Below, piece after piece: positions 10,011-19,074 of a stretch of DNA of 59,922 bases. The position numbers and the translations under genes were made by a program. This DNA comes from a virus. Taxonomy: Duplodnaviria; Caudoviricetes. The notes beneath the pieces were generated by a model. The model searched no databases and was not told where the DNA came from. It saw only the letters and a program-made list of their open reading frames with translations. How positions within the stretch are numbered: position 1 is the stretch's first letter; the number at the start of each line of letters is the position of its first letter. The stretch is taken from positions 1 to 59,922 of IMG/VR virus record IMGVR_UViG_3300032231_000003. One strand, given 5' to 3'.

Positions 10011-10907
10011 TTATGTTGTACCATCACTCCCATAGGCAATATGGGGAAGCCCATAACCAACATTATATCTTGCCTCTGCCCCATACTTATACTTGCCCTC
10101 ATCGAACACAATCTGAGATGAAGGATTCGTCATTGATACAGGGTGTATTGCTTCTCGCATTTGAAGAATAAAAGGTTTAAGTGGCTTTGTCACATCTAAC
10201 AGATACCACTTAGTTGGACTGGCTTCCAATTCAGGAATTATCATGTAATCCGCTGTGCCCTTCCAGGTATTTGTGGCCCCTGATGCTTTTCTTTCATCAA
10301 CAAGAACTGTCCGGAAATTTGTCTCCAATGATGGTGGCCCCACCAGTAAATTTCCGGATGTGTTCAAATAACGCCCTTCTTCTCCCGTTCGAGTCATCAT
10401 GCTTTTTCTGGCCGCAGCATACGCCACCCCACCCGAATCAAAAGCAGCGGTTCCTTTGTTAGACCATGTACCGCCTAATCCGTTGGGGTGGTCGGTATCA
10501 AAAAAGTACTGGCCATCATAACAAGTGGTAGTAAATCCCAAAGCCATCAATTCCGACAACAGGATACCAGGATGCTGTGCAGCAGCATCCCCAAGCATAC
10601 TTATAATAGGATCATACATACCAACATTATCATCTAGTATATCATCCCTATCTACCTCAATTGTACTTTCCCATCTTCTATTTACTATGGAATAGTTTGA
10701 ACTGGCAATGTTCTTTACATCTTTACCATTCAACCACTCTTTCAAAGTGGGAACTTGCTGTAGCCACGCGTAATCTTCGGTCTTCGTTTTACTTGGTACA
10801 ACTGTACTAAGCGTCTCATGAAACGTTTTCGTTTCATCTATTGCTTTGAAAAACTTAGCATTAAATCCTGTAAAAACAGAAGTCAACACTGACTTGTTTA
10901 TAATCAT
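10011..10907 (-). CDS. Major capsid protein, Mu gpT-like
   Basis: YAWL..P.LKEW, WESTIEVDRDDILDD, CYDGQYFFDTDHP, KPFILQMRE motifs. Confidence 0.93.
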   Translation of the reverse strand: MIINKSVLTSVFTGFNAKFFKAIDETKTFHETLSTVVPSKTKTEDYAWLQQVPTLKEWLNGKDVKNIASSNYSIVNRRWESTIEVDRDDILDDNVGMYDPIISMLGDAAAQHPGILLSELMALGFTTTCYDGQYFFDTDHPNGLGGTWSNKGTAAFDSGGVAYAAARKSMMTRTGEEGRYLNTSGNLLVGPPSLETNFRTVLVDERKASGATNTWKGTADYMIIPELEASPTKWYLLDVTKPLKPFILQMREAIHPVSMTNPSSQIVFDEGKYKYGAEARYNVGYGLPHIAYGSDGTT

Positions 10908-10940
10908 CTCGTCTCCTTCTCCCCCTTTTTTGTTCTGATT

Positions 10941-11348
10941 CTACCTTCTTGAAATGTTCACGCCCACCTCTGTGGCCGAAACAAAATCAACAATCACTCC
11001 CACAAGCACATCATTTGTAGTAGTAGCGGCCAAAGCCACTGTCTGATTATCCACTGCATAAACCTGTTTGCCTATGTCAGCAATCGTCAGACCACTTGTG
11101 ACGAAGTAATGTATCCCATTTGACCTAACCTCTATTCTCTTGGCTCCGTCTGCTCCCGCGTTGGCTACTTGTTCCTGAGCCACTCCCTGAAAAAATTCGG
11201 ATGCTACATCCCCCGATTTTACAGCATACCCCGTAGCATCTGTGGAAACCATGGAACCCGCATACAATGTAGAAGACCCTTTCATTGAAAGATTCAAGAT
11301 CCCTTCAGAAGAATATTTAGTTTTCTTGTCAGCCGTTATATCTGCCAT
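10941..11348 (-). CDS. Head decoration/cement protein
   Basis: ADIGKQVYAVDNQTV motif; lies between protease and capsid genes. Confidence 0.72.
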   Translation of the reverse strand: MADITADKKTKYSSEGILNLSMKGSSTLYAGSMVSTDATGYAVKSGDVASEFFQGVAQEQVANAGADGAKRIEVRSNGIHYFVTSGLTIADIGKQVYAVDNQTVALAATTTNDVLVGVIVDFVSATEVGVNISRR

Positions 11349-11392
11349 CTTATTTCCTTTCCTTTTGCTTTATTCCTTTTTACTTATTTTAT

Positions 11393-12706
11393 TCAAGCTT
11401 CGGCAATCTTTCCCTTAAGAAACTCTTCCTGAGTCAAATTGAGATCTTTCGCTATTTTTATATCCAACTCACTAAGCTGTATTGAACCACCCACATTTCC
11501 CTCTGCATTTTTCTCACTGAGGTCTATTACCTTTTCCATCGTATCTATAAGACTTCCTGTTCCTTCAGGATCTCTAAGATATTGTTTTTTCCAAACATCT
11601 TTACTCTTTGGTAGAATTTTTCCTTCCTTTATTGCACAAGAAATTACAGAATCACACTTATTAACAAGTATTTCTTTTTCTACTTTCTCTTTTTCAGAAA
11701 GAAGGCTTGCGTTCTCTCCCAGTAACTTAGTGTTTTCTTCTTTCACCTTACTTAGCTGGACTGTAGCTTCTACCAAATCTGATTTGTTCTTTTTGAACTC
11801 AGAAAGCTGAAATGTTTCTTTATTAGACATTTCTTTAAGCCTATTAACAACTTCCTCTTCTGTGGCACTTTCACTAAGCCCCATTATTTCACTCACTTTT
11901 TTCAATTCCATTTCGTTTCCCTCATTTCCTGGTTCTTCGACTTTTTCTTTATATTCTATTTCCACTTCTCTTAGTTTTCCAAATTCAAACCCTTCCCCCT
12001 TTCTTTCATAATTCACTTTATATAGTTTTGTTGCTGGATATCCACTGTCTTCTGCAATTAAAAAGCTATCAAAAATTTCACGAACATAAAAAGAATGTTC
12101 TCTCACAGGACTAACCGCAAAAGGATTTTTATAAATCTCCCGAAAAGAAGAAACCACCTCATTTCTTTTCTCATCCATGCTTTTTTCAGAAAGAAGAAAT
12201 TTCTGATATGCCACTGAAACCTTTTCCGACAAGGCAATTGCTTCCATTCCCTCAACAAAAGGTCTGTTTGTGACTCCTATTGCCTTAATCATAGGCCCCA
12301 TTCCTTCCCCTGTCTCTTTGTCTATTGCATTCAACGTAAATTCAGGAGAAATGTACTTAAATTCTTTATCCTCTATATACTTCTGCGCTCTTTTTGTCCA
12401 ATTAGGAATAGCCCATAAGCCTTCCTTTCCCTTATTTAGTAATTTTACTGCCCATCCAGCGGCTTTTGTTTCTTCACCCTCTGCCCTTGATGAAGCGTGA
12501 TCGTAATCAAACATGATTTCCGATTTAGAAAGATTGAAATTTTCTACAAATTTTTCAACAATCTCTTCTGTTATTTCAAACTCACCCTTTTTGTGAGCCA
12601 CCCATTTGCCCAGTTTCAAAAGCTGCACAGGAGCAAAGCTTTTGTCATCTTTTAGTTCAACAGTTGTTTCTAGCTCATTTATGAAATAAAAAACATTTTC
12701 TTTCAT
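11393..12706 (-). CDS. Mu-like prohead protease/scaffold (gpI)
   Basis: DYDH, AAGW, YISPEF, TNRPF motifs plus C-terminal coiled-coil scaffold. Confidence 0.9.
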   Translation of the reverse strand: MKENVFYFINELETTVELKDDKSFAPVQLLKLGKWVAHKKGEFEITEEIVEKFVENFNLSKSEIMFDYDHASSRAEGEETKAAGWAVKLLNKGKEGLWAIPNWTKRAQKYIEDKEFKYISPEFTLNAIDKETGEGMGPMIKAIGVTNRPFVEGMEAIALSEKVSVAYQKFLLSEKSMDEKRNEVVSSFREIYKNPFAVSPVREHSFYVREIFDSFLIAEDSGYPATKLYKVNYERKGEGFEFGKLREVEIEYKEKVEEPGNEGNEMELKKVSEIMGLSESATEEEVVNRLKEMSNKETFQLSEFKKNKSDLVEATVQLSKVKEENTKLLGENASLLSEKEKVEKEILVNKCDSVISCAIKEGKILPKSKDVWKKQYLRDPEGTGSLIDTMEKVIDLSEKNAEGNVGGSIQLSELDIKIAKDLNLTQEEFLKGKIAEA

Positions 12707-12719
12707 TTTTCTTTCCTAA

Positions 12720-13286
12720 TTATTCATTTATTATTTTTAACGTGTCACCTATTGTTAAGGCTGCCGGAAAAGCTTCTGTTGTGAAATTCTTTGTTGTTCC
12801 ATTATAGGCTGTAATTAATCTCACAGCCCCCACATAATTCCCTGCAACAACCTGTACTAAAGAGTCCTTAAACACGTCATCTAAAGTTTCCGTTCTATCC
12901 GAACGAAATTCTGTAGCAGTAGGTGAGAATCCTGCTACAATTTCCATAGAAGGCGCACCAACAAACTCATTATTGAAAGCTTCTTCCTCTTTTACTATAA
13001 AATGTTCAAAAACAGGGGCTATTACATCAGGATCACTTAAAACCAGAGTGAAATTTCCATTTGTGTCTGTGTCTCCTGCGGTAAACGTTATGTTGTAATA
13101 ACCCGCAACAACATGTGTCCATGTTCTTCCTGAAATATCAAATGATGAACCACTACCATTTTTTACAGCAACTGCCGAGTCCGCTGTTGCCAAAGTATAG
13201 GTTGTTATAGGCGTTACACCATCACCATAACTCACTAAAGGCCCTACTAATATAGTGACCCCTGAATTTGCCTTTAAAACTCTCAT
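12720..13286 (-). CDS. Hypothetical virion-associated protein
   Basis: 188 aa, beta-rich, Ig-like character; coupled to the LamG gene. Confidence 0.6.
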   Translation of the reverse strand: MRVLKANSGVTILVGPLVSYGDGVTPITTYTLATADSAVAVKNGSGSSFDISGRTWTHVVAGYYNITFTAGDTDTNGNFTLVLSDPDVIAPVFEHFIVKEEEAFNNEFVGAPSMEIVAGFSPTATEFRSDRTETLDDVFKDSLVQVVAGNYVGAVRLITAYNGTTKNFTTEAFPAALTIGDTLKIINE

Positions 13287-16200
13287 AATATCGTTTTTTT
13301 CCTTCTTACTAGTAGTTTACTAAGCCTATTGCTTGCTAAGGCTTGATACCTATATATCTGTGAATTCTTTGTTTGTACAAATTTCAATTTTACATTGCCT
13401 AAAGAAGATAGACTACCCCCACTCCAAGAAGCGTTATGCTCAAGTGAGTCCCCAGTAAAAGGTGTAAAGTCGGACACGTCAAACCCCGCAAACGGCGTGT
13501 CTGTAGCAGGGTCAAGCACGGCTATTTTAATATCACCCATGTTGCCCTGAGCATTTATTACTAAATTAGGTATTGGCCCTAATAGCTCTTTTGTTATGAA
13601 GTCCGAATCAGTCGTGATGTTAAAGTCGTCCGTTCCAGTATTATATGCTAATGTATCTGGCGTAGAGGGGTTTCCTATCTCCCCCGCTGTTAATGCACGC
13701 GCCCATATACCAACATCATCAATCCTGCCGTCCAGCAAGTTGGAGCCGCTCCCAGAAGAGCCAATAAATATATCGGCGTGACTTCCCCAGGTAAGATATG
13801 GCCGAGTTGTTAAATCCTTGACATAAGCCGAATTGGCTTCATTACTACCATTTATGTATAGCTTAACGTTTACGCCGTCCAATACACCAGCGAAATGATA
13901 CCATGTACCTGATGTAAACGTTGTGGTACTAGACGCTGTCACAGCACTTAAATAATTTCCGTCTTGGGTAACAGAAAAATTTAATTTGTTCGCCGTTGTT
14001 ATCTGCACTAAAAACCCATAATCATTAAGTACGTCCTGTTGGATTATGGTTTGCCATATGCCGAGGGAATCCAAGTAAAACCAACCCGCAACCGTGAATG
14101 TATTCACAACGGGGAATCCCCAGAGATTAGCAAAGGGTAGGGTGTAATACTGATTGCTGGCTCTTGTGAAGTGACTTGCGGTTGCCGCCGTTCCTGCGTG
14201 ACCTGCAACAAATGTTGGTGCAGAAGTCGACGCGACTAAAACGTTACCATACCCGCTCCTGTCGGTAGCATCTGACATATCCCACAGGGCTATATTGCCA
14301 CGCCACAATGAGTGGCACCTTGCTTTTATCCGTTGATACCCCCACTTCGCAAGGTACATTCTAAACGCGACGGATAGTGAGGCCGCATTCTGAGAATCAT
14401 CAGAGCCAGAATAGAAGATATACGTACCTTCTTTCCCTGCCTCACTAATATGTACCGGCCCGTTACCTGAAAATAGCGACATGTCATCATCTACATCTTG
14501 CCTGCCTGCCTCAACGGTATGATGCTCCGTTGCCGCATCTTCAACGTAGGTGTACCCGTCACGAGTACTTACCAGGTCAATATCAAGGATACCCTCTCCT
14601 GTGGTCAAAAGCCACACTTGTAGGACACCTGATATTCGTTTGCTGTTGGGTAAGTATATTCCTTGTACCCCATGTATTTGGGGGTACTGTGGCGTATACA
14701 CGCGTGCGCCTAAGTCCCCCCCTGATAGACCATCGATGCCGCCATCTGAGAAGGTATCTAACTCATAAGGCCCACCAATGGCCTTTGATGAGAATACTCC
14801 ACAACGCCGCGCGACGTTACCCGCAACATCTTTTGAATATTGCGTCATTACCTTATAGGGCCTGTACGCGTCTTGTGGGTCTTTTATTATGCTGGTCAAA
14901 AAACAATCGCTTACCGTCGGAATAACCGGAGCGAGCGTCTCTAATGTCCAGAGTTTCGTTTCCGTTTTTTCCTGGAAGTTCACAATGTCCGTAGAAGGCC
15001 CTACAAGCCACCCCGAACCGGATATATTAGAGTCGGTGCCTATTTTGGCATCAGACCCAATATTGGCACCCATATAGTAATTACCACCATCCTCTATAAG
15101 CGATGGGGAGAACCTGCTGCGGGTAGGCGTAAACATATCTGCTCTCTGGGCAAGGTCTGTTACTCGAGCATCGGAAATAGCTGCGTCAAACACGGCCACA
15201 TCGTTTATTCTTTCGTCATGCGGGAGTGACGCGCCATCAGAGGCAACCCCTATTGTAATCGCTGCTGTCGACGAAAGAATAGCTCCGTCGGTAAACGCTA
15301 CAGGGGTTGCGTCTACGCCGTTATATTGTAGCCTTAGTAACCCCGCCGATACATCATACCTGCCGCAAATAGTATACCAGCCTGCCGCCATTGGGTATGT
15401 TGAGCCTACAAAAACTTGCCCGCTTATAGCTCCGAATACGGAGAAGATGATTTGGTTACTGGCGGTGATATAGACCGCCCATGAGCGCTGAGTACTCCTA
15501 TCATCTTTACATACCAAGTAGCGGTTTGTAGCCGCCGCGGTGTTGTAGAACTTTAACACTACGGATAGGTTTCCAGTAATATCCAGGTTGGCCGCGGATG
15601 CATGCGTCCTAGATAGATAGCCACCACCGGAAAAATCAGCGGCCAAGTCCCTGATTAATGCCGGCTGATTTGTATCATGGTAGCCTCTCCCGCTTCCAGG
15701 ACTGCCCGTAGCTGTTAAGTCATAGCTATTGCCGCTCCTGTCGACTCTGTTACCTGTGGTCTCATCCAAAAACCACATTCCTTGACAGTTGGTCATATCA
15801 GGCTCAGGTTCCGCAGCTATTATGTTGTTACTGCCCCCGTCGTTATTAGGTGTCTCCCCCAAAGTTCTTGTCATGTGCGGAATATTAACGCTCCTGCTTA
15901 TGCCAAACACATTGCCGGTAGCTAAGTTGGGTTTCGTCCATGTGCCTTCTACGTCGGAGGCCGTAGCTATACAGACCTTATGATTTCTTGTGGCAACGGA
16001 GTCATCTTCCAACCCCACATAAAGTAGAGCGTGTTGGCCCTCACCCAAATTATGGTAAACAGGGAAAGATATTCTTTTTGCATCATGACTGCCCGCAGAG
16101 CCTAAGTCTAAAATAACCCCAAGCTTCTTTGGACGCATCTTATTCTGTACGTTGTTTGTTGCAGATTGTATGTCGAGACTATCAATAAAAATTTCATCTG

Positions 16201-16870
16201 TCTTGTTTGTAGGTGGGTACTGGTGGTCATCAGTAGCTAATACTGTGTTGGTTAGTATATCCTCTGTGGGGACGGTTATTCCAACGGCAATATCATCAAT
16301 AGACATGTCCCCGCTCGAAGCATCACCAACGGTATATGTTGCGGTAGAGGAAAGTAGCGCACTGGTAGCCGCGGCTCTTCCTTCAATAAATTTTCCTATA
16401 TGCAGCCGCGCTTCTACTTGGTCATAGGTGCAAATTATTGGGTACCATGAACCTGTTACAAGCACTAAACGACTGGACACGCTTGCAAATGCTGTTGTTC
16501 CATTAGCGGACAATTCAAAAACAAAGTCTGTTCCATCGTAATAAAGTCTGTAAGAGCTTTGGCCGCCTCCCCATTTTGAAATAATATTCTGGCTGGTTCC
16601 TGTCGTGGCAAGCTTCACCCAGGCCATGAGAAAAAGAGTATTTCCAAAACCGCCAATGTTTGAGGGCGAACCAATAAGGCTTAATGATGATGTTAGGCTG
16701 GAATTACTAAAAAGAGCCGCACTTGATACTGTTCCACTATGCCCGACAGTATTAACAACAGTTCCGTTTTCTGAAAGGTCATCATTATTTGTAGTCATAT
16801 CAGCCCACACACCATCATCATCCAATTTATGTGCAGTCTTTATTCCTGAAATTACATCTAAAATATCCAT
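13283..16870 (-). CDS. Large LamG/concanavalin-A repeat protein with a glycoside-hydrolase-like beta-propeller
   Basis: Three LamG-like units (WVK..W.P..Y; WY.ICGRYD; WYHFAGV..LYING..G.IDDV) interleaved with propeller-like segments (WTKPNL..NNII). Confidence 0.8.
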   Translation of the reverse strand: MDILDVISGIKTAHKLDDDGVWADMTTNNDDLSENGTVVNTVGHSGTVSSAALFSNSSLTSSLSLIGSPSNIGGFGNTLFLMAWVKLATTGTSQNIISKWGGGQSSYRLYYDGTDFVFELSANGTTAFASVSSRLVLVTGSWYPIICTYDQVEARLHIGKFIEGRAAATSALLSSTATYTVGDASSGDMSIDDIAVGITVPTEDILTNTVLATDDHQYPPTNKTDEIFIDSLDIQSATNNVQNKMRPKKLGVILDLGSAGSHDAKRISFPVYHNLGEGQHALLYVGLEDDSVATRNHKVCIATASDVEGTWTKPNLATGNVFGISRSVNIPHMTRTLGETPNNDGGSNNIIAAEPEPDMTNCQGMWFLDETTGNRVDRSGNSYDLTATGSPGSGRGYHDTNQPALIRDLAADFSGGGYLSRTHASAANLDITGNLSVVLKFYNTAAATNRYLVCKDDRSTQRSWAVYITASNQIIFSVFGAISGQVFVGSTYPMAAGWYTICGRYDVSAGLLRLQYNGVDATPVAFTDGAILSSTAAITIGVASDGASLPHDERINDVAVFDAAISDARVTDLAQRADMFTPTRSRFSPSLIEDGGNYYMGANIGSDAKIGTDSNISGSGWLVGPSTDIVNFQEKTETKLWTLETLAPVIPTVSDCFLTSIIKDPQDAYRPYKVMTQYSKDVAGNVARRCGVFSSKAIGGPYELDTFSDGGIDGLSGGDLGARVYTPQYPQIHGVQGIYLPNSKRISGVLQVWLLTTGEGILDIDLVSTRDGYTYVEDAATEHHTVEAGRQDVDDDMSLFSGNGPVHISEAGKEGTYIFYSGSDDSQNAASLSVAFRMYLAKWGYQRIKARCHSLWRGNIALWDMSDATDRSGYGNVLVASTSAPTFVAGHAGTAATASHFTRASNQYYTLPFANLWGFPVVNTFTVAGWFYLDSLGIWQTIIQQDVLNDYGFLVQITTANKLNFSVTQDGNYLSAVTASSTTTFTSGTWYHFAGVLDGVNVKLYINGSNEANSAYVKDLTTRPYLTWGSHADIFIGSSGSGSNLLDGRIDDVGIWARALTAGEIGNPSTPDTLAYNTGTDDFNITTDSDFITKELLGPIPNLVINAQGNMGDIKIAVLDPATDTPFAGFDVSDFTPFTGDSLEHNASWSGGSLSSLGNVKLKFVQTKNSQIYRYQALASNRLSKLLVRRKKTIL

Positions 16871-16873
16871 AAT

Positions 16874-17293
16874 TTAGAAATATTCTTTTTTTTCTATTGA
16901 ATTTTTATTCCAAAACTTAACAAACTTTTCTATATCTATATAAGACAATATATAAGTTTCATCTATTTTTTTATACTCTTTTCTTTTATACCCTAATGGG
17001 TCATGTGCTACTTCTCCATTACGCACAATTACAGCATGCTTTTTTTTACTATCTTCTACGTGTGCATAAGTTCCAATAACAAAATAAGGGGTTTCAGAAA
17101 CACAAACAAAAACCTCTATTTCTACCCCCACTTTTTCTTCCATCCACTTCTTACACTTTTTAAACCATATTCCCACTGGATATAAATTACAAAAATCAGG
17201 AATAGCTTCTAATTCGACTTCTAAAATAGAAGCGAGACAAGCTTGAAAACAATTTCCTTTTTCTTGATATTTAGTTTGATATATCTTTTTCAT
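16874..17293 (-). CDS. Putative papain-fold (C39-like) cysteine peptidase
   Basis: GNCFQACLASIL, HAVI and HDP motifs give a Cys-His-Asp arrangement. Confidence 0.55.
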   Translation of the reverse strand: MKKIYQTKYQEKGNCFQACLASILEVELEAIPDFCNLYPVGIWFKKCKKWMEEKVGVEIEVFVCVSETPYFVIGTYAHVEDSKKKHAVIVRNGEVAHDPLGYKRKEYKKIDETYILSYIDIEKFVKFWNKNSIEKKEYF

Positions 17294-17496
17294 TCATTTC
17301 TCGCTATTGCTGCATTTGCCCACATAATGACGGTTTCAAGTTGTGTCAACGCTACGCTTTTTTCGCGTGAGTCTGGACATACTTCTTCTATTAAATATGC
17401 AAAGTCTTTTGCCTTCGCCCTAAGTTCTTCGTATTTAGATATTTGGTGCTCTTTTGGTGCGTGATAAGTAAACGCATTCTCTATTTTATCATTCAT
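17290..17496 (-). CDS. Acb2/Tad1-like helical-hairpin anti-defence sponge protein
   Basis: FTYHAP..Y.ELR..A...A..I...CPDSREKSVALTQLE...MWANAAIAR pattern; GAGGG RBS before ATG 17496. Confidence 0.72.
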   Translation of the reverse strand: MNDKIENAFTYHAPKEHQISKYEELRAKAKDFAYLIEEVCPDSREKSVALTQLETVIMWANAAIARNE

Positions 17497-17511
17497 TTTT
17501 TCCCTCACTAA

Positions 17512-17649
17512 CTAATTAAGTTTAGCAATTACCATATTGAGCAATTCAGAGAGCACTTCTTTTTTCTTTTCAAGTACACTAATCTTCTGCTCTATAGCCT
17601 CGATATCCCGCGTGACTTCTTTTATGATGTCCTTTTTCCGTGTTCTCAT
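17512..17649 (-). CDS. Small coiled-coil protein (45 aa, not in the track)
   Basis: MRTRKKDIIKEVTRDIEAIEQKISVLEKK..; fills an operon gap. Confidence 0.55.
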   Translation of the reverse strand: MRTRKKDIIKEVTRDIEAIEQKISVLEKKKEVLSELLNMVIAKLN

Positions 17650-17685
17650 TCAGCACTGATTGCACCTTTCTTCCAAACGCCATAT

Positions 17686-17847
17686 TTATCTCAGAGGAAA
17701 TGTGGTTTCCTCTAAACTTGGACATTCTTGGTCTATAAGAAAACAAAGAGGAATTACAACATCCACAAGTTCTATTAAAGAAGTTGTTTCCTGTTCTTTC
17801 ACAAGATCTCTTAAAAAAGAAGATATATTCTCTTTTTTATCATTCAT
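17686..17847 (-). CDS. Small hypothetical protein (53 aa, not in the track)
   Basis: MNDKKENISSFLRDLVKEQ..; AAGG RBS; fills an operon gap. Confidence 0.5.
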   Translation of the reverse strand: MNDKKENISSFLRDLVKEQETTSLIELVDVVIPLCFLIDQECPSLEETTFPLR

Positions 17848-17860
17848 TTTTTTATAACCT

Positions 17861-18067
17861 TTATTCGGTTAAAGTCGCTTTTATTTTAGAATCCGCATCT
17901 ATGGGATTGCTTTGTTTCGTTTCTGACATCCACTCCTGTTTTTCCATATCATGCCCAAAAACAACATAAACAGGCCCAACCGAACAGGCAGAAAAAATTA
18001 TTCCAAGAAAAAGGATAGCAAAAATTTCTGTAATTTTTCTAAACAAAAGCTCACCCCTCATATTCAT
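17861..18067 (-). CDS. Putative small lipoprotein
   Basis: Hydrophobic stretch ending in a lipobox-like FSAC; start codon uncertain. Confidence 0.45.
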   Translation of the reverse strand: MNMRGELLFRKITEIFAILFLGIIFSACSVGPVYVVFGHDMEKQEWMSETKQSNPIDADSKIKATLTE

Positions 18068-18617
18068 GAAAACCATAATAAAAATCAACGGTTCCCGTAT
18101 TTGCTCCCAAAACCAAAACACGAATCCAAACTTTTTCTCCTACTGCCATTCTCCTTGTGTGTATCGCCAAAGGAATTGTATCTGCCGTAGCAGACGCAGG
18201 ACTTACAACCGCTTCTGAATATGTTCCCGCAGTTAATCCGGCTGCTCCTGTGTCCCCAAATGATACTTGTATAAAATGTACGGTTGTTCTTTCCGTGTCT
18301 GTTATAAGAATTCTATGAAAATCTAAATAGACATTTCCCGCTTCTTCGGGAGTATCATCAGACCCAACCACTTGTAACCAAGATCCCCATGAACTATCCC
18401 CCGCATCCATAACAAAAGGATTTACCCCTGAGCCGACTCTGTCGGCTCTATGTAACTCCCCATTAGGAGTCACAGCTAAACCATACCATCTTTCATTAGA
18501 ATGAAAATGCCTTTCTATTTCTGCCACTTTATAAGCCAGGCTGCCTTCTGCTCCCTACAAACCATCAACAGGAGCTTCATCTATCTTTGATACCGTAGGT
18601 CTAGGTGAATGAAACAC
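18051..18617 (-). CDS. Hypothetical virion protein with an in-frame TAG at 18555-18557
   Basis: GTG at 18617 overlaps the upstream stop (TAGTG) and has a GGAGG RBS; reads MFHSPRPTVSKIDEAPVDGL*GAEGSLAYKVAEIERHFH into ORF 18051..18527. Confidence 0.7.
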
Positions 18618-18958
18618 TAAATTTCCTCCATCTCAATAATATAAATATTTCCACTGGAAGATTTCGCTAGTGCTGCTACGTGGGTATACTCCATTTGTTT
18701 ATGTAATTCCGTAAATCCTATAAATACAGGAATATCCCCCGGTGTTCCCCCCACAGGAGCAACAGCAACAACCGCCCCTGTTCCAAAACGCACCCAACAA
18801 TCCACTTCTGCCTGAATTGCTACGTAATTAACCCCCGCTCCCAATGCAAGATTAACAGAGGTTGTCGCATTAATCCCCAATAAATGAGTCCTTTTGTCCT
18901 TTGGCACTGTCGATACGGCTATCACTCTCCCAAACCCTGGTCTGTCTATTGGAGGCAT
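18617..18958 (-). CDS. Hypothetical protein (beta-rich, possibly virion)
   Basis: 113-aa ORF with AAGGA RBS. Confidence 0.7.
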   Translation of the reverse strand: MPPIDRPGFGRVIAVSTVPKDKRTHLLGINATTSVNLALGAGVNYVAIQAEVDCWVRFGTGAVVAVAPVGGTPGDIPVFIGFTELHKQMEYTHVAALAKSSSGNIYIIEMEEI

Positions 18959-19074
18959 ATAGTTTTTCCTTTATTCAAAAATAAGAGCTAATGTAAGCCT
19001 TTTTTTCTCAAAAACACCTATACACTACATCTTACTATACTTTTTGTAAAAAAACACGAACAAACAACCTGTCT

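Noticed and set aside
13283-16870. Diversity-generating retroelement targeting the lectin or tail genes
   Set aside because: No reverse transcriptase, and no template/variable repeat pair differing at adenines was seen
8284-17514. Genome-wide TAG or TGA reassignment: several TAG-ending late genes (stops at 8284, 10941, 17512, 59192) are in frame with the next gene
   Set aside because: Other TAG stops (18617, 57970, 58319) are out of frame, the downstream genes have their own RBS, TGA/TAG are used in normal coupled junctions, and long genes are intact under the standard code. The in-frame cases are compatible with chance.
17650-17688. Possible third premature stop (TAA 17686-17688 followed by 11 sense codons ending CNQC)
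   Set aside because: Too short to distinguish from an ordinary intergenic spacer containing the next gene's RBS
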